In this document: one piece after another, positions 45,201 through 54,700 of the stretch
How the letters are laid out: every line of letters begins with the position of its first letter
How positions within the stretch are numbered: the first letter of the stretch is position 1
Notes under the pieces: generated by a model
The model's database searches: none
Seen by the model: only the letters and a program-made list of their open reading frames with translations
What the model was told of the DNA's origin: nothing
Source of the DNA: a virus
DNA length: 64,000 nucleotides
Reading direction: 5' to 3' (one strand)
IMG/VR virus record: IMGVR_UViG_3300029319_000005
Span: 32,001-96,000 of that record
Position numbers and translations under genes: made by a program

Positions 45201-47916
45201 TCTTAGCGTCTGAATAAATACTGACAGAGCCGGTAAAATTAGTTACGCTAGCGCCTGCAAAAAGTCGTTTAGCTTGAGACATGAACCCTGTCCCATAAGC
45301 ATTGCTGATTGACTCTGTAACATGAAATTCATTTTTTACGATGTCTTGTACTGTATTGACGCCATAAAATTCAACAACGTATGTGTCTGAAACGCCTATC
45401 GTTCTATTATCTAGTGTTGACTGTGGATACTTTGAAGGCGCGACCTTGACCGCAAAAGTCCAGCTTGAGTTGTCATACACATCATAAAAGACATCGGTTT
45501 CCAGCTTTCCACTAGACAACAACGAACTAGATAATTGAAAAAATGCGTGTCTCGTATCTTTTACGCTCTTAACAGAGCGGACTTCAAAAGCCCAATCGTC
45601 TCCAGCAGCATTGTGTGCCCAAGTTGTATCAGCAGGCGTGTCCTGGCGCGCGGAGTGTGCGCCAAAAATAGAGGATGTTAAGGGGTAATTACCCTCAAAC
45701 TCAACCATGTCCGGATCCGGTATATACGGAAATAGTACTTCACTCTCAAATGTTGATCCAAATCCATTAGCTTCTTGCTGTAGCGTAGGATATCCAGAAG
45801 CCGACAAATACGCAGTGGAATCCGTAATTAAGGAAGATGTTTGTTGATAGACGACCGCGCTGTTTGCATCTAACGAACTAAAATCTATGAAAGTCTTTTT
45901 AATTGTTGAATCATAATATTCATCTTTAACATCAAAAGTTAGATTGTCGGCAAAAGTGTTAATTTTTATTAAATCTTCATTAATCCCAAAACAGTGCATC
46001 AAATTCCTAAGAGACTTTATGGTCCCCTTAGATTTCATTATTTGAGTCAAATTGTTGTAAATGTTCTTATATATTAAATTTTTAATATCATCCAGTGGCT
46101 GGGAATGGATCTTGTCTTCTCCCATTTGCAAGAACTTTTCTACTATTTCTGCATCTGCAAATAGGTTTTCAGTATTGAACCCGACTCCATCCAAAAGATT
46201 TCTACTAATAGATGATTCTTTATTTATCTCGCTTAAAGATCCGGATACATATCTAATATCTTTTATCTTATTTAATTCATCAATCATAATATGCAACTCA
46301 TCAAAATAGCTGCCTATTATTTGTGTTAGCTGTTCAAGAGTTGGGTTTGTCTCCGACTCTTCTCTTATCCAAGATGGTAATGAATTAAATATGGAAGCAT
46401 TGTTAGTAAGATCGTGTAGTTTACCTTCTTTTATTTTTGTTTCTATAAGAGATTGGACTTGTGGATGTTTTTCATAAATTATTGGGTCTTTAAATTCTGC
46501 TGCCGAGGCGCTTGCCTCTACAATTGCAGAATTTGTTGATCTCATATCCGTCAATAGCGCGCTGCTGTTGCTATACCCTGTCCAAGTGCCGTTTGTTACT
46601 CTTCCGGAATAATCCAAAACAACAGCATCTACGCTTGCTGTCTGGGTTATCCCCTCGTTAAACTTATAATAAACTCCAAGATCTACGGCGTTCCCATCTT
46701 CCGCAGAGCCGCTATAATAATATTTTATGTCGTCGGTATTTGTGCCGCCACCAATCTGTCTTTTCCAATATCTCCCAATTTGTTCAGGAGTTCTCTCTTT
46801 TCTCCAGAATCGGAACTCATCTAGAGATCCGCTTAAGGCTCCGTAGCCTTGCGTCGCAGCGTGGGATCCAGAAGGAGAAGCAACTAGGGCACCAATTTGT
46901 GCTACCATAGTTCCCGTTATTGAAGAAATAGACGATCCTGTAATTATTTCTTGGTTTAAAGCTCCATCTACATACAGCGTGGCTCTCATGTTGCTTCCCG
47001 TATTGGCGAAGCTAAGGGCATAATGGTGCCATGTTGAGCTTGTAACAGGAACATCCGTACCTATTGATATTAGTGTTTCTCCGCCAATCGTGGCAGGCTG
47101 TGGGTCAAAAACTCCTTGGGCATACTGTCCTGACCCGGACATCAAAGAAATGTACAATGAAGAACCAGATGGAACAGGATCGACACAAGTAACGACTTTT
47201 AGACGCCCATACCCAGGCTGCCCCGCGACATCAGCACCCCAAGAGCCACTACTCCAAAGATCAAAAATTACCTGTGTTGGTGATTCAACGCTCGAAGTGT
47301 ATGGCACTTTTCTAAGCCAGAATTCTACTGTGAGTCCGTCAGTTCCATTAAACTCAAGATTAGATATTCTATTAATGTTAGAGTCATAATAGTTTGGCAA
47401 AGAATTAATAGAAGAGCTTGGCACAACTTCGCCACTCAGAGTCTCTGTTCCTCTAAGCTTACTAGGATGTGGACCACCTTTTAGAAAAATATACTGAGGA
47501 TAGTCATTGTAGGCATACGGATGTGAGACACTAGTAAAATTGCCCGCTACAGTGCTCATCTCTCTAGACCCTAGAAAATTAATGTATCCATTTGTTCTAG
47601 GATATTGTTCTTCAAAAATATATTTGTCGATCAAAAGAGAGTTTTGATCCCATTCCATCTTTTCTCTTAAAGAACCATCATAGGGATATTCTTTGTAAAT
47701 ACGCTCTATTGAATCTTGGTAATATCTAGCAGCCAGGCCGTATCTAGCAAAGTTTTTAGGGTCAGAATAATCTACTTGAGGCAAGACTCTATTAGATTTT
47801 TTTAAATAAGTTGGCACAAAAGCGGAAGACTCCACTTCTTGCTCTAGGTCTTTTTTACTTTTTTTAGTCAATAGCTGACTAAACTTTTCTTTTTTAAAGA
47901 GATCTTTTAAACTCAT
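39220..47916 (-). CDS. Giant baseplate/receptor-binding protein with LamG (concanavalin A-like) domains, 2898 aa
   Basis: TVEFWLR, WHHYALSF, LYVDG, SGSLDEFRFW and YYKFNEG are LamG features; IMKSKGT..SLR.L resembles a wedge (gp7/P2 gpI-type) segment. Confidence 0.75.
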   Translation of the reverse strand: MSLKDLFKKEKFSQLLTKKSKKDLEQEVESSAFVPTYLKKSNRVLPQVDYSDPKNFARYGLAARYYQDSIERIYKEYPYDGSLREKMEWDQNSLLIDKYIFEEQYPRTNGYINFLGSREMSTVAGNFTSVSHPYAYNDYPQYIFLKGGPHPSKLRGTETLSGEVVPSSSINSLPNYYDSNINRISNLEFNGTDGLTVEFWLRKVPYTSSVESPTQVIFDLWSSGSWGADVAGQPGYGRLKVVTCVDPVPSGSSLYISLMSGSGQYAQGVFDPQPATIGGETLISIGTDVPVTSSTWHHYALSFANTGSNMRATLYVDGALNQEIITGSSISSITGTMVAQIGALVASPSGSHAATQGYGALSGSLDEFRFWRKERTPEQIGRYWKRQIGGGTNTDDIKYYYSGSAEDGNAVDLGVYYKFNEGITQTASVDAVVLDYSGRVTNGTWTGYSNSSALLTDMRSTNSAIVEASASAAEFKDPIIYEKHPQVQSLIETKIKEGKLHDLTNNASIFNSLPSWIREESETNPTLEQLTQIIGSYFDELHIMIDELNKIKDIRYVSGSLSEINKESSISRNLLDGVGFNTENLFADAEIVEKFLQMGEDKIHSQPLDDIKNLIYKNIYNNLTQIMKSKGTIKSLRNLMHCFGINEDLIKINTFADNLTFDVKDEYYDSTIKKTFIDFSSLDANSAVVYQQTSSLITDSTAYLSASGYPTLQQEANGFGSTFESEVLFPYIPDPDMVEFEGNYPLTSSIFGAHSARQDTPADTTWAHNAAGDDWAFEVRSVKSVKDTRHAFFQLSSSLLSSGKLETDVFYDVYDNSSWTFAVKVAPSKYPQSTLDNRTIGVSDTYVVEFYGVNTVQDIVKNEFHVTESISNAYGTGFMSQAKRLFAGASVTNFTGSVSIYSDAKISSVKAWMSHLSNEEIKSHAIDASNYGTRQPANNAFVFQTGSTSNSGSTNVFIPKIKTLALDWNFELVTGSDAAGGFAVYDITSGSSDLKEEYGWLGNVVNLPNSGIGRGFLASTSSFVSVEYLEDSKKQLPELLYSEDMVSILSFDDDNLYRDQKPIKFITSIEKNMYHNLSEEIMNFFASVRDYGALIGRTEERYRQNYKRLAFLKQIFFERLGNTPDVEKFIDYFKWIDKALGDMILNLVPASSGVSRGIKTVIESHALERNKYRNKFPTIDSKFAEPASSGQLQPNLDTTSNDGNIAIPPLLVEQYEGFSAKPNAFLAGPKLNSPPSTDQDFHILWWKNKVDKTKYAKTGDAVLDVVRQKLFTVYQSGNQDLQNKPFVFNTSIKSKEIAGGVRMPTNKKGMSIASKVLSFASNKQFVINNSNVSDSTKTYIEEIIPTELLTKRKIVEVNIDNEPDAYLASGSDSVLPFAFYSASYEYDSGASLGGYLASLGVSLSSTQINFGNDFSNNEFETPLQGPFTERFVGGYQYRNVAPNKLDEAGNFNTAYNRPEGYNIVLASNQITVVPVDSINTNFARGTRIRLPGVKRPVNITNRPFYATSGSAITGNLNFTTPTRTMGNFERNYELVMTTGRDINNLWFKSGSTGLGGVSNQYPEVFTLTGNLNFALPDRATGSNKTVIAERFSSPGGKEVLTKGYLDPASETYSVYNQLNYRNSTVRTALNVSGALHSLLYGIQTGSFVSGDAYSPLVTASYHKVNRNARKNVTVIETSYMPPVNPTVLSGAIFDNDNVTHQIPQSDRNYNWITSSMFDINSAPYGFANPIGFVSSSSGEISQFKFLSASQTSVDSHVVDFVGLNTLINAPLLTGTNAVSTASLNTSIASLNSSDLLNALLLHQNGPYGFVSWKQINNSTNPLVRNMVKNNRISTFAAMNDFFAKSKYKWSGASGKEKVSHNSATNVRQLTSFTEPPVITSFKPITHKVATKDYDGNEANFDIKHSYANNISKFASVDLNNALGAENNKPTQPYDKLYKIYTNKDLGDDNPISELLSLEYKETIYPRSVNAYLGKIRGRQNYTELPGTGENGFDRINRRTFWRDSLFQRERTAGTALNSQGYTVYNNQSRILSVWPVDCGDVSEIDGLNGFPIDLSDINGAVGELVHYPFVNPTGSVDDGIFPSGFNAPMYGYHVSASAAMYRRAINHKVYADAYIRPPGYRTNVLAGKNPWFNSYEDYSEDIRRIAKDYAVLPEFRISDHMDFYLNNQSSSFIGTNNKFLSLDGAAHTSSANGEFADFNDNFFDIYSNSDFMKYFDVVQEDHINEEIGKPSRIKMTCRGVKKLLPYNGFYPSTRTLQLASLLSQSLGPYLSGSNENSNNPDTERLNSINRLFVAPGILFNSIKSAVAVDFPFYTEAKTGSTAYPNGASSIQQQLIGYSDDYDMRFPFEGLVDIVRHLPPTIKDVTAFGTSSATQTNIFLGEPSATGSYPYANWMFEKKPNFELAMHNFLGETVKFFLKDQQLTNFYSAQESQFKTMKSGSTYGMKVNMYKTNDMKLSENTDASAIRGRARGALYGPPMSSSYHSESNSVLSGFDDPAYAPHTPPYFYGLSQATLTFQCFETKKYTLEEIIAGVTASYTNANPALTGQYNDNVTRNKMEISASMNLFGTTRVQKVNYSTGLGPDGNYLPNTFETPSDSSFDVWSIGTKWECPALNFSASYSVDEGVGVWAGYGKIPDDTTGIFTGLSNVSDQESLLEVVGFQTSKERVGKIAESKKISEAIVAIPFVDSPELTGLDTVEYLGKSFFKIDTDEYRYQTELKISKGIAVEKGSTEDGADNIQQTSITDMYEKMQKYVIPPQLDFTDKDLDKDPFAMYIFEFNHVLDQRDLADIWQGVMPKISITAEKQDVTIEHAMNKHEFFGGMPLPPETRWMVFKVKRRAENNYFKITADSKDDDRFKFLFKSSEKDYKHSYNWPYDFFSLVELGQIEAAVEIEGDKKE

Positions 47917-49541
47917 TTTTCTTCGACTCTAAATTTAAAAACTTCTGCCTGTTCTTGGTAATCGCCATTAATATTATATGCAAAATGTATTTTATACATA
48001 TAATCAGTATCTAACATGCTCATGTCTAAATCGAAGTAGTTGCCATCAGAATCGTAGGACAATTTTGTTGCCTTGGTACTGCCAGTATTATAAGCGACGA
48101 CTTCCAGACCATCTACTGCTCTAATAATTTTATAATGTGCTTCTTCAATCACTTCTGTATTTGGCGTTGTAGAAGACAAAGTATATATATTTGGATTCCA
48201 ATTCTTATCCCTGACAAAGAGCCTAAGTCTTGGCTTTTCTTTGTTCGTATATGCTGCTTTTAAGTTTACTATGTTAGTTACGTATTCTCTAATTGGATAA
48301 TTTGTTGATCCTGTTATTCCTGTCGGGCTTATCGTGCCTGTGAAAAACTGTGTCAGATCGTAGTTTGCAAAAGTTCCAGTACTCCAAACGTCATAAATTG
48401 TTTCTAACGATGGAGATCCCGTAAATGCCAGCGAGGCTGTATAAATACCAGTATCATAATAGCCACCTGTAGCATATAAGAGACTCTCTCCTACATTACC
48501 ACCAGCACTTAAAATCATTTTAGAGCCGGACGGCTCTGTATCGCTAGCCGATCCAGAATACAATGCGACCATAATTGATCCTGTTGTGCCAATTTCAGGA
48601 ATATTTTTTAATTGTCCTTTAATATAATTGTATAAAAATAGCGTATTTAAGTTGTCTTCCGCAGGAGCCAAGGAACTGCTCATAAAGAATTGCCCTCGAT
48701 CATCTTGTACAGAGGAGTCCCATCTAGCTTCTAGCACTGGCCTCTTAAAAAAGAAGTCGCTGGTTCTGGAAAAGAACTTTTTAGTATAATACGACTCCGT
48801 CGAGCCTTCTAGATTTCTAGGGACGTTAGTGCCATCTCCTACTGAGTACGCTTCTTGAGATGCTGTCAAATATACACCAAATCCATAGTTTAAGTACGTG
48901 CCCGCAATCCACTCTTCTACCGCCGCAGTCACGTCCACTTCCATGTCTTCATCGCCGTTGGTGAAGGTTGTAGTATACATTGGCATTCCATCAGTCCCAG
49001 CAGAGTAGGCCGCTGTATGGAATGTTCCTCCAGGGACAAAGCCAGTCGTTTGATCCATACTAGAAGTTCCCCACGCTCCGTCCCATCCTCCTTTACCAGA
49101 AGCAGGAGCATCAACGCTTCCGGATATATTGCCAGAAACCCAATTAGATATACCAGTATCGGTATAATTCTCCATGTCTAGCCCGGTACCTTCATTCCAG
49201 GACTGGGAAACAGCTTGTACATTAAGAATCATATTTCTAGGAAGGGTTAGGCCATGTTTGGCGTTAAACATTCTAAGATAAAATCTAACGCTCCCGCTAG
49301 CAGGTATAGTTCCTGCTGTCCTATCTCCTTTTATTTCCCCCGCCGTTGTGCCGGATACCGGAAATTGTATCAAAACCCTGGAAAGCTCCGTTGAGCCAGA
49401 ACTCGCTTGGCCAACAATAGAAAAAACTTCAAGGATATCAGAAGCGCCCATGTTTGATCCAGTGCCTCTTGTGCTAAGGTTAGTTTTAAAAGCATTCGTT
49501 ATCGTGTTATCCGCTGTGGCAAAATATCTTTTAATTGACAT
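47913..49541 (-). CDS. Baseplate-associated structural protein with DNRLRE-like N-terminal domain
   Basis: ATADNTI, N.G..DILEV, SRVLIQF, FYLRM, SWNEG, NYGF and P.LEARWD pattern; Ig-like C-terminus. Confidence 0.55.
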   Translation of the reverse strand: MSIKRYFATADNTITNAFKTNLSTRGTGSNMGASDILEVFSIVGQASSGSTELSRVLIQFPVSGTTAGEIKGDRTAGTIPASGSVRFYLRMFNAKHGLTLPRNMILNVQAVSQSWNEGTGLDMENYTDTGISNWVSGNISGSVDAPASGKGGWDGAWGTSSMDQTTGFVPGGTFHTAAYSAGTDGMPMYTTTFTNGDEDMEVDVTAAVEEWIAGTYLNYGFGVYLTASQEAYSVGDGTNVPRNLEGSTESYYTKKFFSRTSDFFFKRPVLEARWDSSVQDDRGQFFMSSSLAPAEDNLNTLFLYNYIKGQLKNIPEIGTTGSIMVALYSGSASDTEPSGSKMILSAGGNVGESLLYATGGYYDTGIYTASLAFTGSPSLETIYDVWSTGTFANYDLTQFFTGTISPTGITGSTNYPIREYVTNIVNLKAAYTNKEKPRLRLFVRDKNWNPNIYTLSSTTPNTEVIEEAHYKIIRAVDGLEVVAYNTGSTKATKLSYDSDGNYFDLDMSMLDTDYMYKIHFAYNINGDYQEQAEVFKFRVEEK

Positions 49542-51334
49542 TATCTAACCTCACCTTTAATATTCGTGCTTGGGAACTTGATTTCATATATCATATTCGC
49601 AGGAATAAGCAATTGCGCGCCATCGCTAGTCGTATTGAGAGCGACGTTATACTGATTGTTAGAATACGCTCCGCCTAGTTTTTGATCCACTTGTACATCC
49701 ACAACGTCTAAGACGCTATCAAGCTTATTTAATGTTTTATAAATATCCCTAATCTTAAATGGTTCGCCAATTTCCGGCAGTGTAGAAAACTTTTCTTGCA
49801 GCGCTTGAAGGCAGTCCGTTAGTGTCTGCTCCGGAGTGTATTGTTGGTCCCCTGTCACTATAAAGTCAATTTCTAAATTAATTATATAGGCGTCTAATAT
49901 ATCAATACTATCATTAAGCATTTTATAATTTTGAATCCAAGTCTTTAAATTTTCTTTTATAGAAGAATTACTATTTGAAAGATTCCCATCTGAATCTTCG
50001 CTTATGACAAATAAATTAATATTTCTTTTTGATGAATCCTGATCTTGGTAAACTGCTGCTCTTCTGACTGCTCCAAACTTTGTTGGCATTCTATAGCACA
50101 AATTAATATAATCTTGCTTTGTCACTGCTCTGTTTTGAGATGAATATGTACCCATTGCTCTCATTCTTATTTCGTCAATGGACACGTCTTGTATGTCTCC
50201 ATTGATTGGGCTTTCATTATAAACTTCAATACTATTCCTAACATCTAGTAGCTTTGTAGAATCTAGCGATTCTTCGGCTAAGAAAAAGTAATTTATGTTT
50301 CCAGGTCCAGATATACCTCCAACAGTTATATTAGAGTCTGTTGTACTATTTCTTCGGTATTGTACTGTAAGAGTTGTGTTGCTTGGAGCAATCCCTAATT
50401 TGCTATTCGACAATAATTTTGTTGGATCAAAGCTTGTGTCAGCAATATATTTTTTACCGTATAAATTAAAATTAACTTTTGAAGGATCTACCACATCGTC
50501 TGAGTCTACCTCTGCTTCTGAACCGAAACCAAACTGCAAGAAAGTGTTATTGTCATCTTTCTCTACTACAAACCTTCTTGGCACTATAACTGGCTTTAAT
50601 AATTCTTTTACAAGCTGTCTATCATCCCCAGGATTTGGCACGCCTCTAAACACAGAATCTTGTGTTAAATTCTCTACTTCGTAATACTCTCTGCCCTGCT
50701 CATCAAAAACGGAAATAATCTCCGTTGTATTTTCATCGTCAATTGGCACTTTTAAGAATCTAATAAAGTCTCCAATCGGGATTCTCTTCACACTCAATTC
50801 GCCAGAGATAATACTGCCAACTGCTTTTACCGCATATTTTAATGGCTTGCCAGTCGCGGAATCAATTGTAGCAGGGTACACAAGGTTGTCATTGTCAGCG
50901 AAGTCTACATCATCAACAAGTGTAAAAGTTGTTCCATTATCACTTCTTACGGTGCTCCCTTTTAATATTTTTGGCATATAATTGGTGTCAGGGCCACTTC
51001 CTACAGTATTCGCCGGTACTAGTAAAAATAATGAAACCAGCCCGGAAGAAGTATAGGCTTTATCTAGCTTGTAGCCTAGTTGTCTAGCTAGTCTAACTAC
51101 ATTATCATAATCTACAGCGCTATCTATAAAAGACTCGTTGACCTGATAATCGAGATAAAACGAGAGCATATCTCCAACATAAGCAACCGTATCAAACATC
51201 AAAGAGCCAAAGGATGATTCGTTGAAATCTTTATAGTTAGATGGATAGTATCTTTTTGCGTATTCTACGAGTGACCGCTTTATTGATTCAAAATCTCTAT
51301 TTGTGTAATTTATAGGATTATTTTTTTTTGCCAT
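49541..51334 (-). CDS. Baseplate wedge protein (T4 gp6 / baseplate J-like)
   Basis: YTNRDFESIK, YVGDMLSFYLD.Q.NE, ARQLGY and QNRAVTKQDY motifs. Start at MAKK (51334). Confidence 0.9.
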   Translation of the reverse strand: MAKKNNPINYTNRDFESIKRSLVEYAKRYYPSNYKDFNESSFGSLMFDTVAYVGDMLSFYLDYQVNESFIDSAVDYDNVVRLARQLGYKLDKAYTSSGLVSLFLLVPANTVGSGPDTNYMPKILKGSTVRSDNGTTFTLVDDVDFADNDNLVYPATIDSATGKPLKYAVKAVGSIISGELSVKRIPIGDFIRFLKVPIDDENTTEIISVFDEQGREYYEVENLTQDSVFRGVPNPGDDRQLVKELLKPVIVPRRFVVEKDDNNTFLQFGFGSEAEVDSDDVVDPSKVNFNLYGKKYIADTSFDPTKLLSNSKLGIAPSNTTLTVQYRRNSTTDSNITVGGISGPGNINYFFLAEESLDSTKLLDVRNSIEVYNESPINGDIQDVSIDEIRMRAMGTYSSQNRAVTKQDYINLCYRMPTKFGAVRRAAVYQDQDSSKRNINLFVISEDSDGNLSNSNSSIKENLKTWIQNYKMLNDSIDILDAYIINLEIDFIVTGDQQYTPEQTLTDCLQALQEKFSTLPEIGEPFKIRDIYKTLNKLDSVLDVVDVQVDQKLGGAYSNNQYNVALNTTSDGAQLLIPANMIYEIKFPSTNIKGEVR

Positions 51335-51359
51335 TACAATGTTCCCCAAGCAAAAATAA

Positions 51360-51734
51360 TTAGTTCAAATCAACATTTATTGTTATAAGGTCTCTTAAAG
51401 TTAAGGATTCAACAAAATAAGAAATTTGTAGTGACAGGGTATTTTCCTCGCTATCAAAAAATTTGATATTTAAAATCTTTATAAAAGGCAAATAAATTTT
51501 AACCTGCTCTTTAATTTTTGCTTTGATGTCGTTTTGTACATTTTGTCCTTTATTTTCAAACAAAAAGTTTCTCAAGCCCACTCCATAGCCTGGTATCATC
51601 ATTCGCTCTCCCGGCGCTGTCAACACTAACATTTTTAAGTTTTGTCTCATTAGAGTTGCATAATCTTTAATTAAAGAATACGGCCCGTCTTCTATATCGA
51701 TAGTTAAGGGTAATTTTGCGGCTATTCCAGGCAT
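51360..51734 (-). CDS. Baseplate wedge / sheath initiator (gp25-like)
   Basis: QNLKMLVLTAPGERMMIPGYGVGL..FLFE motif. Confidence 0.9.
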   Translation of the reverse strand: MPGIAAKLPLTIDIEDGPYSLIKDYATLMRQNLKMLVLTAPGERMMIPGYGVGLRNFLFENKGQNVQNDIKAKIKEQVKIYLPFIKILNIKFFDSEENTLSLQISYFVESLTLRDLITINVDLN

Positions 51735-51752
51735 TTTAAGATTCCTTTAAAT

Positions 51753-51760
51753 TAAATAGT
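51753..51760 (-). promoter_or_regulatory. Putative late promoter ACTATTTA upstream of gp25-like gene
   Basis: Plus strand taaatagt, about 19 nt from the start. Confidence 0.65.
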
Positions 51761-51775
51761 TTGATGAAACTATTA

Positions 51776-54700
51776 TTAACATGGTTCATTAGAGTGATAC
51801 CCTGCGGTAAGAGTTCCATCAAGAGGATCAAGTTTTCCGGTAACCGAAAGTCCCCAATAAGTCATTCCTAAAGGAGTGATGTGGAAAGGATTAGTAATTC
51901 CAGCAGCAAACAGCACTTCTTGTGGAATTAAAGGATAGGGGAGAAGCGATAAAACAATTGGGAACATCGCTTGTGAGCTTCTCCAGTATCTCATTGTTTT
52001 ATTATCGTAAAGAGATGATGCATCTCCACCAAAAGCAGCCTCTCCTGCTTTAATAGTTGTTTTTACGCCTTGATAGACAGTATCCTTAATTGCCTTCGCT
52101 GTTGCGATCGTTGGGTCTGAAATTTCAGCTAGGCCTTTTAGTATCATTAAACTAGCTTGTAAAATTACCTGTTGATCAATACCTGTAGCATCGACCGGGT
52201 CTGCGGTAGAAAAGGCGTATTGTTCTTCATAAGATCTAAATTCTGCCGCAGAATCATATGATAGTGGCAAGCTAAATGCTGTCATTGTATTTAATAAATC
52301 ACTTTTTGTTTGGCTAAACATCTGACTAAGCCCTGGTTTCGCCGTATCAACTATAGTGTTATAAGTGCCTAATGCACTCAGAGTAGCTAGGTCTTCAACA
52401 GGTAGAGAATAGCCAAAAAGCACTTGAAATTTTTGTTTTTTTAATAATTCTTCTTTGAGTTTAAAAACTTCTTCATAAACTTTATTGTAATCATACAAAA
52501 TATTCCCATCTGGGCCTAGTTGCAATGCAAAGGAAAGAGGAATATCTTTATCTTCAACTCCATAAATGTCACTAATCTTAATCTTGCTTTCCGCTATCGG
52601 TATTTTATATATTTCTTTATTTATAGTTTGTACTTCTTGTTCATCATCAACAGTCACTTGCTTTGTTTCTCTTTCAATTATTTCATATGATTTTTTATAT
52701 AAAGGAGGATAGTTCCTACCGGGAGAGCCAGCAAATGCTCGGCGGGCCTGAATCATATCTGATAGGCTATTTTTTAAAAAGACACCGTCTGATGGAATCG
52801 ACTCTTCAGATTCTTTCGACACTGGTAAAACATAGCTGAGCCTGACACCAGCCTTCAAGGGCTCGTAATAGGTCGTATGGGGTTCATCAGCAAAAAATTC
52901 GCTACCCTTTACTGCTGGCATGAATTTAATTACTTTGTCGCGCAAATTGTTAATAATTTTAGCTCTTTTATCTCTCAATTCTTCAATCTTATCATACCAA
53001 TTCTTTAATAGCTTATAAGCAATTGTTTCTTCGCCTGAGATTCTTTCGTATTCATTCGTTTCAGGATTCAAATAATAAAGAGTTCTCGAATTGTACATAT
53101 TATTATGGTTAGTTTTAGACATGCCTGTCGCGAAAAGAGCCGCATCGTTCATGTGAACCGCAAACTTGTCTATAGACATGGGCATATTAAGATACTCACC
53201 TTCGACTCCAGGGGCACCCGCTCTTACTAATGGAATATCAACAACTGGCGTGTAAACAGCTTCTTCCCCTGCTTCAAAATCTTGTCCGTATAAAGTGTCA
53301 TAATTAATTATAGACATAAATTTATTGAGCGTCGCTCCAATTTCCTGGTCATAGTCGAGGCCGCGAGAGCCAATGTCTATATTATTTGTCATGGAATTTA
53401 TTTCATAAAATTTGCCACTTGGCGTAGGTCTTCCAATCCTAATTGATTTTAATTGTAGCGATTCATCAGAGTTCATAAAGTTATCTACAGCATCGCTAAT
53501 GTATAAAATACTCCAATCATTCATATGGCTTTTAGGAAGCGTGTCATAATTTTGGATTTGATTCAGATAGAATTTCATGTTTAACAAAAGAGTGTCTAAT
53601 GTGGCTCGTCTTCTACCATGATCTTCTGTCCAAATTTCTTTAAACTGGTTTAAAAAATATAAAACGCTTTTCGGCCCAGGATTATTTTCATCACTTAATC
53701 CACTAAATCCGAATAAATTGTGAACACCCTCCATGATAGCGAGACCTGCGTCTTTTGCTCCAACCCAGAACCCACTATCCCAATCAGGATCCCAATCTTT
53801 ATGACTACCAAGTGATTCATTTAACAGTGGTGCGTAATTTTTTGATTTAATACCCCAAATTCTAGAATATTGTTGCGGCTTATAGGAAGCAGCAAGTATG
53901 TTCCTCTCAGGAAGCGCATTTTGTGTCACATCATCAGTAAGCACCTTAAACCCTACCCTAGAGGTCTCTTCGTGTAAATAATCTGGGTGATATCGTTTGC
54001 TCATATGTTCACTCACGCTATCTTGGATTATATCGTCTGGGTCCATGTTAACATTTTCACCCATCCAATCGAGTGATTTAAAATTAGTTACACTAGAGTT
54101 TGGTTGATGAATCGTTGTCTTGCCGAACAATAAAGATGGCTTTACAAACAGCGGCGCTTCGTTAATATCTGTGCCAAATAAACCGCTGAAGACGGCTATC
54201 TGTGAACTGAATTCATAATTTACATCTTCATAATCTAACAAAGGAAGAGAAGTCAAATCTTTTATATTCTTTTTTAAATTTTTCGTTGTTATTTGTTTTG
54301 GGAATATTATTTCCACGTCTGGATTAGAGAACTGTCTCCAAGTTAACCGTGAAACTGCTGAATTACCTTTTTTTAGGGTAGCGTCTATTTCTCGCTCAAC
54401 AAGCTCATAGGGGTAATAGTTGAATCCTTGTATACAACTCGACCATTTTACTAGGTTGGCACCAATGCTTTTATCAGCGAAAAGGCCATAAAAAGTAAGA
54501 CCTTTTAGCACATGGTCAAAGTGCCAATAGAGTTCTTCAGCGTTAAGATTAAAAACAATCTCATTAACATCTACATATGATGTAGCTAGATTAGAAGAAA
54601 TTTGTAATTGCTCGCCATTAGTGGCGGTTAAAATATTTAAATCATAAACAGCAGTACCATCTGCAATACCTTTTAACTCGGCTATTTGGCTAATTCCTTT

